Shown: positions 19,206-29,203 of the stretch, in pieces
How the letters are laid out: every line of letters begins with the position of its first letter
Numbering within the stretch: the first letter of the stretch is position 1
Source of the DNA: Halobacteriales archaeon QS_4_62_28
GTDB lineage: Archaea > Halobacteriota > Halobacteria > Halobacteriales > Haloarculaceae
DNA length: 64,000 nt
Reading direction: 5' to 3'
Assembly (NCBI GenBank): GCA_003021685.1
Contig: PXRO01000006.1
Location: 6,377 to 70,376, forward strand
The notes under the pieces: generated by a model
The model's input: the letters and a program-made list of their open reading frames with translations, nothing else
Told to the model about the DNA's origin: nothing
Databases searched by the model: none
Position numbers and translations under genes: made by a program

Positions 19206-21302
19206 ATGGGACGCCTCTCTACGCTGTTCGCGCCCGACCGTGTCGCAGTCATCGGTGCAACGGATTCTGACGGGGCGGTCGGCCGCGCGATCACGGAAAA
19301 CTTGCAGGCGTCGTTCGAGGGTGACGTCGTCGCTGTCAACCCGTACAAAGAGACCGTGCTGGGCTTGCCCTGCTACGACAGCGTCACGGAAGTCGACGAC
19401 ATCGACGTGGCTGTCGTCGTCGTCCCGCCCGACATTGCCGTCGATGCGATCCGTGAGGCCGGCGAAGCGGGCATCGAGAACGTCGTCGTCGTCACTGCTG
19501 GCTTCGGCGAGACCGGCACGGAGGGAGCGGCCAGGGAGGAAGCCCTCAGGTCCGCGGCCGCGAAGTACGATCTCAACCTCGTCGGGCCCAACAGCCTCGG
19601 GATCATGAGTACGCCCGTGGGACTCAACGCCACGTTCGGCAACGAGATGGCCACTGAGGGGGGTATCTCTTTCATGAGCCAGTCCGGGGCGTTCGTGACG
19701 GCGGTGCTCGACTGGGCGGCCGGGCGCGATGTCGGCTTCAAGGACATCGTCTCGCTCGGGAACAAAGCGATCCTCGACGAGCGAGACTTCATCGACGAGT
19801 GGGGCGACGATCCAGACACCGACGTGATCCTGGGCTATCTGGAAGACATCGGTGACGGTGGTGAGTTCGTCAGGACGGCCCGTGAGGTGACACAGGACAC
19901 GCCAATCGTCCTCGTCAAGTCCGGCCGGACTGACGCCGGTGCGAGCGCCGCCGCCTCGCACACAGGTGCAATGGCCGGGTCCGAAGCGGCCTACGAGGTC
20001 GGCATCGAACAGTCCGGTGCAATCCGCGTCGAGACCGTCCAGGAGTTGTTCGACTACGCCCAGATCCTCGCAGACCAGCCACTCCCCAGAGGCAAAGAGA
20101 TCGCTATCGTCACGAACGCCGGTGGCCCTGGCGTGATGACGACCGACGCCGTCGGCGACAGTGGTCTCGAAATGGCGGAGCTGACGGACCATACTGTCGA
20201 GAAACTCGCCGAGACGATGCCCGACGAGGCCAATATCTACAATCCCATTGACATCATCGGCGACGCACCGGCCGCCCGGTTCGAGGCGGCACTAGAGACG
20301 GTGCTTGGCGACGACAACGTCGCGATGGCCGTCGTGGTCGCCTGCCCGACAGCTGTTCTCTCTTTCGAAAACCTCGCCGAAGTCGTCGTCGACTGTCAGC
20401 AGGAGTACGGTCTGCCGGTCGCGACGACACTGATGGGCGGCAAGAGCGCCGGTCCTGCGGCCTCGACACTCACCGAATCGGGCATTCCGAACTACTTCGA
20501 CCCGGCGCGTGCCGTCGACAGTCTCGACGCACTGGCTCGCTACGACGACATCCGGTCCCGCGAGTACGTCGAACCCGAGACGTTCGATGTGAACCGGGAC
20601 CGCGCCGGGGAGATTCTGGAATCGGCGGCCAGTCGAAACCAGACCCGTCTGGGCGTCGAGGCGATGGACCTGCTCGACGCGTACGGGATTCCGACGCCCC
20701 ACGGCGAAGTCGTCGACTCACCCGGTAGGGCCGACGCAATCGCCGAGGAGATCGGCGACGAGGTGGTGATGAAAATCGTCAGCCCGGACATCCTCCACAA
20801 GTCCGACATCGGTGGCGTCGAGGTCGGCGTTGCCCCGGAGGACGTCCGGGGCACCTACGAGGACCTCATCGTCCGCGCCCGCAACTACCAGCGGGACGCG
20901 ACAATCCTCGGGGTCCAGGTTCAGGAGATGGTCGATGTCGACGCGGGCACGGAGACGATTCTGGGTGTCAACCGCGACCCGCAGTTCGGGCCGCTCGTTC
21001 TCTTTGGTCTCGGCGGTATCTTCGTCGAGGTCCTCGAAGACACGACGCTCCGGGTCGCACCGGTGTCGAAGCCAGCGGCCCGAAGCATGCTCGACGATAT
21101 CGAGTCGGCACCGCTCCTTCGCGGTGCTCGTGGGCGTGCGCGGGTCGACGAGGACGCACTCGTCGAGACGATACAACGGCTCTCCCAACTCGTTACTGAT
21201 TTCCCTGCAATCGTTGAATTGGACATCAATCCACTGGTCGCAACCGGTGACAGCGCGACAGCAATCGACCTGCAACTCACGCTCGATCAGGAGGAACTAT
21301 GA
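19206..21302 (+). CDS. acdAB: Acetate--CoA ligase (ADP-forming), fused alpha/beta
   Basis: VAVIGA, GPNSLG, SQSGA, SHTGAMAG phospho-His motif, SPDILHKSDIGGV, ELDINPL. Confidence 0.9.
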   Translation: MGRLSTLFAPDRVAVIGATDSDGAVGRAITENLQASFEGDVVAVNPYKETVLGLPCYDSVTEVDDIDVAVVVVPPDIAVDAIREAGEAGIENVVVVTAGFGETGTEGAAREEALRSAAAKYDLNLVGPNSLGIMSTPVGLNATFGNEMATEGGISFMSQSGAFVTAVLDWAAGRDVGFKDIVSLGNKAILDERDFIDEWGDDPDTDVILGYLEDIGDGGEFVRTAREVTQDTPIVLVKSGRTDAGASAAASHTGAMAGSEAAYEVGIEQSGAIRVETVQELFDYAQILADQPLPRGKEIAIVTNAGGPGVMTTDAVGDSGLEMAELTDHTVEKLAETMPDEANIYNPIDIIGDAPAARFEAALETVLGDDNVAMAVVVACPTAVLSFENLAEVVVDCQQEYGLPVATTLMGGKSAGPAASTLTESGIPNYFDPARAVDSLDALARYDDIRSREYVEPETFDVNRDRAGEILESAASRNQTRLGVEAMDLLDAYGIPTPHGEVVDSPGRADAIAEEIGDEVVMKIVSPDILHKSDIGGVEVGVAPEDVRGTYEDLIVRARNYQRDATILGVQVQEMVDVDAGTETILGVNRDPQFGPLVLFGLGGIFVEVLEDTTLRVAPVSKPAARSMLDDIESAPLLRGARGRARVDEDALVETIQRLSQLVTDFPAIVELDINPLVATGDSATAIDLQLTLDQEEL

Positions 21303-22366
21303 ACACGCTACTGGTAACATCGACGGGCGACGGCATCGGCAAGACAGCAATCACCCTGGCACTCGCCAGGCACGCTCAGGCGGCCGGCTACGATGTCGGC
21401 TACATGAAGCCAAAGGGGACGCGGCTACAGAGCGCCGTGGGAAAGACCCGGGACGAGGATCCGATGCTCGCACGCGAGTTGCTCGGCCTCGAAGCGGAGA
21501 TGCACGAGATGGAACCCATCGTGTACTCGCCGACGTTCATCCGGGAGGCGATCCGGGGCCGCGAGGATCCGACTGCGCTTCGAGAGGAAGTGACCGATAA
21601 CTTCGAGACACTCTCCGAAGAGACGGAACTGATGATAATCGAGGGCAGCGGCGACCTCGCAACCGGGAGCATCGTCGACCTGAACGACGCCGACATCGCC
21701 GAGGCACTGGACGCGCGTGTCTTGCTGGTCTCTGGCTACGAATCCGTCGCGACGACCGATGAAGTGCTCGCCAGCGCACGATCCGTCGGCGACCGCCTCG
21801 CGGGCATCGTGTTCAACGCCGTCGCTGACGCGAAGATGAACGAACTCAACGACGACGTGATACCGTTCCTGGATGGTCGGAACGTACCCGTCTTCGGGGT
21901 GCTCCCGCGTGTCCAGGAACTCGCTGGCGTCACCATCGAAGGCCTCGCCCGGAGCCTGGGGTGTGACGTGCTCACGCCGGACATCGACACGAGCACGCAC
22001 GTCGAGCGGTTCACCGTCGGTGCGATGGGCGGCAGCAGCGCCCTCGACCAGTTCCGCCGAACCCGCGACGCTGTCATGATTACCGGTGGCGACCGCTCCG
22101 AGGTCCAGACCGCCGCCCTGGAGGCCGCCGGTATCAAGGCACTCTTGCTCACCGGCGGCTTCCGCCCTGCGAGCGCTGTCCTCGGCCGGGCACAGAAAGA
22201 GGGCGTCCCGATCCTGCTCGTCCAGTCGGACACGCGAACGACCATCGACCGCGTTGAGGACGTACTTGGCTCCGGTCGGACCCGCAACGAATCGACCGTC
22301 GAACGGATGAGTGAACTGCTCGAAGCGAGCGCTGATGTCGAGCACATCCTCTCGCTGGATCTCTGA
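21299..22366 (+). CDS. Phosphotransacetylase N-terminal-like protein (BioD-like + DRTGG domains, no catalytic PTA domain)
   Basis: GIGKT, YMKPKGT, IIEG, ITGGDRS, LLTGG; ATGA overlap with acdAB. Confidence 0.8.
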   Translation: MNTLLVTSTGDGIGKTAITLALARHAQAAGYDVGYMKPKGTRLQSAVGKTRDEDPMLARELLGLEAEMHEMEPIVYSPTFIREAIRGREDPTALREEVTDNFETLSEETELMIIEGSGDLATGSIVDLNDADIAEALDARVLLVSGYESVATTDEVLASARSVGDRLAGIVFNAVADAKMNELNDDVIPFLDGRNVPVFGVLPRVQELAGVTIEGLARSLGCDVLTPDIDTSTHVERFTVGAMGGSSALDQFRRTRDAVMITGGDRSEVQTAALEAAGIKALLLTGGFRPASAVLGRAQKEGVPILLVQSDTRTTIDRVEDVLGSGRTRNESTVERMSELLEASADVEHILSLDL

Positions 22367-22375
22367 TACGGCGAT

Positions 22376-23053
22376 TCACTCACCCCGGAAGGACTCTGGC
22401 AGTGATTCGGCCACAGCGTCGATCAGCGCCGCGCCGTCGTTTTCGAGTCCATCGCCATCGTGAGCGACCGGCGGCAGCGTCGCGACTGGCAGATCGGTCT
22501 GTGCTTCGATCACTGCAGGATTCGTCCGTTCGGCGAGGTCCGTGCCCTCGTACTCGTTGAGAACCACGCCGACGACCGAGACGCCGCGTCGTCGCAGTGC
22601 CTCGGCGGTCAGGGCCGTGTGATTGAGTGTTCCAAGTCCAGACCGGGCGACGACGAGGGTCGGCAGGTCGAGGTCGGCCACCAGGTCGACGACCTCACTG
22701 CCGTCGGCGAGCGGCACCCGGAGGCCACCGATGCCTTCGACGATGGCTACATTACGCGCTTCGATCCGCTCCCGACAGCCAGAGACGATCCGGTCGTAGG
22801 AGAGTGCAGTACTGGTCTCCCGAGCGGCCACCGCCGGAGCGAGTGGCGGGCCGAGTCGTTCGAGACACGTCGCCGCGTCCTCGTCGCCACAGACCTCGAT
22901 GACGAAGCGCGCGTCGTCGTCCTCTGGATACCCCGTCTGACAGGGCTTGATGGCAGTCGCGTCGATTCCCTCGCGGCGAAGCCACCCGACGATACCCGCA
23001 GTGAGGACTGTCTTGCCGACGCCCGTGTCGGTGCCGGCGACGAACAGGCTCAC
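22376..23053 (-). CDS. bioD: Dethiobiotin synthase
   Basis: FVAGTDTGVGKT, KPCQTG, VEGIGG, LGTLNHT. Confidence 0.92.
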   Translation of the reverse strand: MSLFVAGTDTGVGKTVLTAGIVGWLRREGIDATAIKPCQTGYPEDDDARFVIEVCGDEDAATCLERLGPPLAPAVAARETSTALSYDRIVSGCRERIEARNVAIVEGIGGLRVPLADGSEVVDLVADLDLPTLVVARSGLGTLNHTALTAEALRRRGVSVVGVVLNEYEGTDLAERTNPAVIEAQTDLPVATLPPVAHDGDGLENDGAALIDAVAESLPESFRGE

Positions 23054-24264
23054 AGCAACTCCACCGCCTTGCCAGCGGCCGCGAAGGCCGAGAGACAGGT
23101 CTCGACGTCGTCGTCGGTGTGAGTCGCCATCGGCGCGACCCGTAGACGGGAGGTTCCCACTGGCACCGTCGGCGGTCTGATCGCCGGTGCGACGACACCG
23201 CGTTCCCGGACCGCGGTCTCCAGTGCCAGCGCGTCCCGTCGGTCACCGACCATCACCGGCAGGATGTGTGACTCGCCGGCGACCTCGTAACCACTCGCTT
23301 CGAAACCGTCCCGCAACTGCTCGACCGTCGTCCAGAGTCGGTCCCGCTGCTCGCCCTCGCGTGCGATCCGAAGCGCCTCGCGTGCTGCCCCGGCGGCCGG
23401 TGGTGCGAGGCCGGTCGAGAAGACGAAGGTCCGGGCGGCGTTGAGCAGATACTCGATCAGCGCCTCGTCACCGGCGACGTAGCCGCCCTGGCTGGCCAGT
23501 GCCTTCGAGAGCGTTCCCAACTGGATGTCGACCCGGTCGGCAACGCCCTGGTGCTGGACAACGCCGCCCCCGTCCTCGCCGAAGACGCCGGTCGCGTGCG
23601 CCTCGTCGGCCATCACCCACGCGCCGTACTCTTTTGCGACAGCACAGAGTTCCGGAAGCGGTGCGAGGTCGCCGTCCATCGAGAACACGGTGTCGGTGAG
23701 GACCAGCCACGACTCCCCGTCGACGTTGCCGGCCTCGCTGTCTGCCCGCGCGGCCATTCTCCCGGCCAGGTCGTCGGGGTCACAGTGGTCGTAGACGACC
23801 GTCTCCGTGGCACCGATCCGGCACCCGTCGATGATGCTCGCGTGGTTCAACTCGTCGGAGAACACGACATCGGGCCCCAGCGCGTCGATGGTCCCGACGT
23901 TGGCGGCGTAGCCCGAGGAGAAGACGAGCGCCCGCTCGGTTCCCTTGCAGTCGGCGAGGTCCCGTTCGAGCGCGCGATGCAGGGCGGTGTCGCCGGTGAC
24001 GAGTCGTGACGCCCCGGCCCCGGTCCCGACCGTTCGGGCCGCAGTTTCGGCGGCCCGCTGGACCCGGCCGTCGTCGGCCAGGCCGAGGTAGTTGTTCGCC
24101 GCGAAGACGAGTTCCGGATCGCCGAAGTCGATTGCACCGCTTTTCGGATCGTCGGCAAACCGGGTCTTGGACGCGACCGATTCGGCGGGGTTCAGGTGCC
24201 GGCGGAGGTCCCGGGCCTCGCGCTCGCGGAGGCGGTCGTCGAGAGCGAATCCGCGGTCAGTCAT
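23050..24264 (-). CDS. bioF: 8-amino-7-oxononanoate synthase
   Basis: NNYLGLA, GAGASRLVTG, SGYAAN, DELNHASIIDG, FSMDGD, DEAHA, GTLSKA (PLP lysine). Confidence 0.92.
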   Translation of the reverse strand: MTDRGFALDDRLREREARDLRRHLNPAESVASKTRFADDPKSGAIDFGDPELVFAANNYLGLADDGRVQRAAETAARTVGTGAGASRLVTGDTALHRALERDLADCKGTERALVFSSGYAANVGTIDALGPDVVFSDELNHASIIDGCRIGATETVVYDHCDPDDLAGRMAARADSEAGNVDGESWLVLTDTVFSMDGDLAPLPELCAVAKEYGAWVMADEAHATGVFGEDGGGVVQHQGVADRVDIQLGTLSKALASQGGYVAGDEALIEYLLNAARTFVFSTGLAPPAAGAAREALRIAREGEQRDRLWTTVEQLRDGFEASGYEVAGESHILPVMVGDRRDALALETAVRERGVVAPAIRPPTVPVGTSRLRVAPMATHTDDDVETCLSAFAAAGKAVELL

Positions 24265-24327
24265 CACTCGTTTTCTCACACGAGGCGAACTTCAAGGACT
24301 CGGTACCGCAAACCTTGCTGCAGTCCC

Positions 24328-25176
24328 CTATTGTGGCGTGATCGTCACGTCGATTGCCTCGCTCGGATCGGGGTAGCTGTACCCGTCGACGACCTTGTCC
24401 GTCGGGCGGAGTTCGCGGACGACGCCGTTCTCGTCGGGGCCTCTGTCCGGGTTTCCGAACTCCAGTCCCTGGCGCGGGGCCTGATTACAGCCGCCGCTGC
24501 TCGGATCTTCGTTCGGTTCGGTGCCGGCATCCCAGAGGATGACATCGTCCGTGACGGACCCATCAACCGGGGAATCGTCTTCGAACAGGTTGATACCGCC
24601 GGGGCCGGGTGCGAAGAACACGTCGTTCGAGGGAACGAACATCGTCGCAAACGCCAGTTTCTGTCCGGATTCGGCCTCGATGTCGAATTCGAAGGCTCCC
24701 CCGGGGGCGATTGGCGGCGCACCGGGGACCGACCCCAGCGGGTCGTTCGGATCTTCGACGGTGTCCTCGGGTGTCCATGCACCTGCGTGGGCGACGTTCG
24801 GTGTGTTTTCGAGTTCCGTGACGAGCGAATCGTTTTCGGGAGTGCCGCCCGGCCTGCCTGCTTCGGCGATGGCTTCCAGTCCGGAACTGGCGGCCGTGTT
24901 CCGGCCCAGGATCGGGTTCTGCCCGTTGTAGATTCCATAGGCACCCGGCGTGATCCAGACCGCGCCGCCGGTCGATTTGGGTGGGTCCGGTGCCGTGGGA
25001 TACTCGTTTAGCGACGCGACGTTTTCTACCCGGACGGTGAACTGGGTTGGGTCCTGGTTCGTGCCCCGGGAGGCGGCGGATCCAACCCCGGCAAAAGTAC
25101 CTAATGCACCGATTGCAGCTAGTCCACTGAGCGTCTGCCGTCGCGTGACTTCGTGCCGAGAGTTCTGGTCTGACAT
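24328..25176 (-). CDS. Tat-exported Spondin_N-domain protein
   Basis: VTRRQTL signal; A-SGLEA-AEAG, ATMFVPSNDVF, WDAGTE motifs. Confidence 0.75.
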   Translation of the reverse strand: MSDQNSRHEVTRRQTLSGLAAIGALGTFAGVGSAASRGTNQDPTQFTVRVENVASLNEYPTAPDPPKSTGGAVWITPGAYGIYNGQNPILGRNTAASSGLEAIAEAGRPGGTPENDSLVTELENTPNVAHAGAWTPEDTVEDPNDPLGSVPGAPPIAPGGAFEFDIEAESGQKLAFATMFVPSNDVFFAPGPGGINLFEDDSPVDGSVTDDVILWDAGTEPNEDPSSGGCNQAPRQGLEFGNPDRGPDENGVVRELRPTDKVVDGYSYPDPSEAIDVTITPQ

Positions 25177-25443
25177 GGTTGTTGGATTAGCGACTCGGGT
25201 TCGCTTCGCGGCATCCGGAGCCGCTGTCTTTCTCTGGGACCTATCAATGAAAGAATATTTTTCGAACTCTGTACGACATCCGCATACACTCTGTACCAAT
25301 TCTCTCTCGAAAACGCCCACATTTGCCAGGTCGTTCGAGCAAAGACCACTGATCGTTGACCGACACAGCAGACCCACTGACGACGTCATCTGTCCATCGA
25401 GCGGCCGGTATCGAACGCTGCAGCGGAGAAAGAATGGAACGGT

Positions 25444-26520
25444 TCAGAAGCCCGGCATCACTTCGGCGGGACCGTAGACGCCGTAGTCGCCCGCGCGATT
25501 CCGCAGGACTGCGGCCTTCATGTAGCCGATAGCTGGGCCGTTGACGTTCGCCTCCATGCTCGTCGCATCGTCTAGCTGGAAGGTGTTGGTCCCGGTTTCG
25601 CCGTCGAAGGTCGTTCCCGTGACGCTGACCGTCGTCGTCGTGGGCTTCTCGTCTTGGTGGATGTCGAGGATGCCACCGACCGAGACGTCCTCGGCGTCAC
25701 AGACGCCGGCCCGCTCCAGCAACACGTCGTCGGCGTGTTCCATGTCGTGGAACTCCAGACGGCCACCGTGGTCTTGGATCAGGTCCTCGATTTCGTTCTC
25801 GCTCATCTCGCGGGCCGTCTCGATGTCGTACCCGTCGAGGTGGGCGATGTCTTCCCGGACGGTGCCGCGATTGTCCTCGTAGCCGGACTTGAGACCGACG
25901 CCCCACCAGATCTCGACCGATTCGATTTCGACGAACGACTGGGCCGCGAGTGCAGCCGCGCCGGTCAGGAAGCCGGGTGTCGCGCCGGCACCACAGACGA
26001 ACGTGATGCCCGACTCGACGAGCGTCTCCTCGCGGTCTTCGAGCATGCCGATGACCCGGGAGCGCTTGAGCACGTCGATCAGAACACCCTCGTAGTCGGC
26101 CTCGGCGAAGCGCTCGGCGACGCGGGGAATGAAGTCGTGTTCGAGGTTCGGCAGTGCCATCAGAACCGCGTCGATCCGGTCGGATTCTGCGATGATGTCG
26201 CCGATAGGTGTCTCGGTCTTTCGGCCCTGCGCGCTGGCGGTGATCCCCGCTGCATCGCCGTGCTGTTTGACGCCCTCGCTCTGGGCGGCCGCCTGCGCGC
26301 CGCCATCGGCGGCCACGTCCGGGTCGTCCTCGGGGCCGCTCGCGATGTTGCCCTCGGTCGCGTCCAGCAGTTCTCCGACGTCGAGGCCGCCGTGGTCGAT
26401 GGCGACGCCGTTGCGGTCACAGGCCGCGACGGCGGTCAGGCCGTCTTTGTGGGTCGCGACTTCCAGTGTTCGTCTGCCGATACCGCCCGTGCCAAGTACT
26501 GCAAAGCGTGTCTCGTCCAT
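25444..26520 (-). CDS. bioU: BioU-like NAD(P)-dependent enzyme (BioA replacement)
   Basis: GTGGIG Rossmann fold, ALPNL, DVLKRS lysine motif, GAGATPGFLT, REDIAHL, MEHADD, TSM-ANVNGPA; position between bioB and bioF/bioD; no bioA in the cluster. Confidence 0.8.
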   Translation of the reverse strand: MDETRFAVLGTGGIGRRTLEVATHKDGLTAVAACDRNGVAIDHGGLDVGELLDATEGNIASGPEDDPDVAADGGAQAAAQSEGVKQHGDAAGITASAQGRKTETPIGDIIAESDRIDAVLMALPNLEHDFIPRVAERFAEADYEGVLIDVLKRSRVIGMLEDREETLVESGITFVCGAGATPGFLTGAAALAAQSFVEIESVEIWWGVGLKSGYEDNRGTVREDIAHLDGYDIETAREMSENEIEDLIQDHGGRLEFHDMEHADDVLLERAGVCDAEDVSVGGILDIHQDEKPTTTTVSVTGTTFDGETGTNTFQLDDATSMEANVNGPAIGYMKAAVLRNRAGDYGVYGPAEVMPGF

Positions 26521-26547
26521 CTGTTGTAGTCCTCGGTCGTCCGTCGA

Positions 26548-27663
26548 TTAGTCACTCGATTCGGCTTCACTCGTTGCTGTGCCTGCGGCCGTCTCGACGC
26601 CCGGGTCGTCGTCTGTTCGGGCCTTGACCGCCTCCGGGTCGAAGTCGTTCGTGTCCCGGTTTGGCTCCAGTCCGGCCGCTTCGACGATTTCGATATCGTC
26701 GCCGGGGGACTGGCCCTCCGTGGTCAGGTAGTCGCCGGTCAGCATACCGTCAGCCCCGGCCTCGAACGGCAGGTGTTGCTCGTTCTGATCGAGGTTGACC
26801 TCGCGCCCGCCGGTCAGGCGAACGGTCGCCTCGGGGTGAAGGAGTCGGTAGACGGCGATGGTCTCGATGATCCCCTCGGTGGAGATATCTGCCTGTCCAT
26901 CGAGCGTTTCGGCCAGATCCGTCCCGGCAACCGGGTTGAGGATGTTGACCGGGAGCGAGGAGACGCCGATGTCCTGCAGTGCAATCGCGGCGTCGACGCG
27001 GTCGGTCGGGGACTCGCCCATCCCGAGGATCACGCCGGCACAGAGATCCATGCCGGCTTCCTTGGCGACCTCCAGGGTCGACACGCGGTCCTCGAAACTG
27101 TGGGTGTCGACGATTTCCGGGAAGAAACTCGGCGAGGTCTCGATGTTGTGATTGTAATGGTTGAGTCCTTCCCCGGCCAGGATCCTGGCCTCCTCCTCGG
27201 TGAGGATGCCGAGGCTGGCGTCGACCTCTACGTCGGTTTCGTCACGCACGAGCCTGATCGCACGCAGGACCTCCTGCCACTCTTCGGGACGGTTCTCTTT
27301 CGAGACGCCCTTCTCGGCGACGACGATGCCAAAGCGCTGGGCACCGTCGCGCTCTGCCCGCTTTGCGGCGGCCAGTATCTCTTCGGGGTCGAGAAAGCCG
27401 TAGCTCTCGATCCCCGTATCGAAGTGGACCGACTGGGCGCAAAAGCCACAGTCTTCCGCGCAGTTGCCGGCCTTCGCGTTCACGATAGAGCAGGCGTCGA
27501 CGGTCCCGTCGCCGAACTGTGACCGGACGTAGTCGGCACCCGCCGCGAGTTCGTCGACGGGCTGTGCGATCAGTGCCAGCCCGTCGCGGCGATCCAGTTG
27601 TTCGCCGTTCAGTACGCGGGCAACAGCGTCGTCAATCGTCCGGTTACCCGTCTCGTAAACCAC
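26548..27663 (-). CDS. bioB: Biotin synthase (radical SAM)
   Basis: CAEDCGFCAQS, YNHNIET, CAGVILGMGE, PVNIL, RLTGGRE, GDYLTT. Confidence 0.95.
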   Translation of the reverse strand: MVYETGNRTIDDAVARVLNGEQLDRRDGLALIAQPVDELAAGADYVRSQFGDGTVDACSIVNAKAGNCAEDCGFCAQSVHFDTGIESYGFLDPEEILAAAKRAERDGAQRFGIVVAEKGVSKENRPEEWQEVLRAIRLVRDETDVEVDASLGILTEEEARILAGEGLNHYNHNIETSPSFFPEIVDTHSFEDRVSTLEVAKEAGMDLCAGVILGMGESPTDRVDAAIALQDIGVSSLPVNILNPVAGTDLAETLDGQADISTEGIIETIAVYRLLHPEATVRLTGGREVNLDQNEQHLPFEAGADGMLTGDYLTTEGQSPGDDIEIVEAAGLEPNRDTNDFDPEAVKARTDDDPGVETAAGTATSEAESSD

Positions 27664-27741
27664 ACGGTGGATGACAGTTGACGAGCACTTATAGATTCGG
27701 GTCCTGTCGACGAATTTCCCTCCCAGGAACCCATCGACGCC

Positions 27742-29133
27742 TCAGGCGTCGGGGCCCTCGTACATCGACAGCGTCGCCCTCCGGTCGCCGTCCTCGGATT
27801 GCCAAACGATGCGTATTTCGGCAGCGCTCGTGACACCGAGAGTGACGGTATCGCCGGCTCTGACAAGGCCGTCGTCACTGCTAGATCCTTGCCACGGTCC
27901 CGGCCGGGTCTGGTCGACGCCGGAGACGTCGGCAAAGCCGCTTCCGACGAGGTCCAACTGCGATGCAGCGACGCTGTCTCCGCCCTCGTGGGTGACTGTC
28001 AACTCACCCTGATCCGAGTCGGTCTCGTTATATTCGAACGCGAAGGAGACCCGCGGAGCGGTCTGACTCGGCTCTCGTGAGCCCTGTGGCATCACGAGCG
28101 AGAGCAATACCGGCGTCGCGATAGCGGCGAACTCACTGGCGGGCCGAGCGTGACTTACCGTCACCGTCGTGCCGTCGGCCGATACGTCGGTCGCATCCAG
28201 TGCCGTGACGAGTTCCTCGGAGTCGGACATCTCGCTGTCCTTGATCTGCTGTTCTGCCAGCGTCAGCGCGCCCTGGATGATGTCGCTCATGTCGGTGGCC
28301 GCTTCCTCGCCGCTCGCTTCGAGACTGAGCGTGGCCACGCGGTCGCTGCCGTCCTCGTGCACCGATCCGTAGCCGTGGGATGCCTCCGTGAAGACGCTGG
28401 TGTCGAACTGGGAGTTTTCACCCTGTGGCACCTGCGAGTCGATCACTTCGAACGCATAGCGCATATGACCGTCCGCTGTGGCATCGTAGCCGGTTTTCAC
28501 GTCGCCGCTAAGAGGATCCGAGTCGCCGCTCCACACGTCAATTGTCGCCTCGACGTGTGCGGTGGTTCCGATGGAGAAGACACCCTCTTTCAGGACGCCA
28601 ATCGAAGTCGACTGGTCCATCTCTTGATCCTGTCTGTACACCGTCTTGTCACCGTAGGTCTCTTCGGTGTAACTGGTCCCCTCTTCTTTGATAGCCGTGA
28701 GGAACTCCGATTCACTCCACTCGCTCCAGAGCGTGTAGGCAGCGTCCTCTTGCCCCTCACTGCTCTCGTCGAGAGTGCCCGAGAAGACGGTCTTCGACAC
28801 CGACCGCGGGTCGAGGCCGACTTCCTCTTCCATCGTGTCCAGCGCGGCGGTGACGTTTTCGGGGAGGTCCTCGGATTGCATCTCTTCTCGCATCGAAGCG
28901 AGTTCCTCGTTGATGCCCTCTTTGAGCGCACTGTCGGCCAGTAGCGCTGTGACGCTCGTCTTCAGGACGAACTGGGAGTTCCCGGGTACTGTCGAGACAG
29001 CGGCTTTCCCACCGGAACCGGTGATCGCTTCACTCACTGTACTACAGCCACTGAGACCACCGAGCGCGCTCACTGCCGTGAGACTGCCCGCTGTCTGGAG
29101 TATCGTTCGACGGGAGACCTCTTCGTTTGCCAT
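27742..29133 (-). CDS. Tat lipoprotein with C-terminal pilin-like beta domain
   Basis: VSRRTIL, LSGC lipobox; C-terminal APRVSFAFEY...LTVTHEGGDSV...AGDTVT...RIVW. Confidence 0.65.
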   Translation of the reverse strand: MANEEVSRRTILQTAGSLTAVSALGGLSGCSTVSEAITGSGGKAAVSTVPGNSQFVLKTSVTALLADSALKEGINEELASMREEMQSEDLPENVTAALDTMEEEVGLDPRSVSKTVFSGTLDESSEGQEDAAYTLWSEWSESEFLTAIKEEGTSYTEETYGDKTVYRQDQEMDQSTSIGVLKEGVFSIGTTAHVEATIDVWSGDSDPLSGDVKTGYDATADGHMRYAFEVIDSQVPQGENSQFDTSVFTEASHGYGSVHEDGSDRVATLSLEASGEEAATDMSDIIQGALTLAEQQIKDSEMSDSEELVTALDATDVSADGTTVTVSHARPASEFAAIATPVLLSLVMPQGSREPSQTAPRVSFAFEYNETDSDQGELTVTHEGGDSVAASQLDLVGSGFADVSGVDQTRPGPWQGSSSDDGLVRAGDTVTLGVTSAAEIRIVWQSEDGDRRATLSMYEGPDA

Positions 29134-29203
29134 GGCACCACTTTACTGCAACTATGTGATAAACATTCGGATGATTTTCTTCACACTTCTTTCCTGATTA
29201 GTA

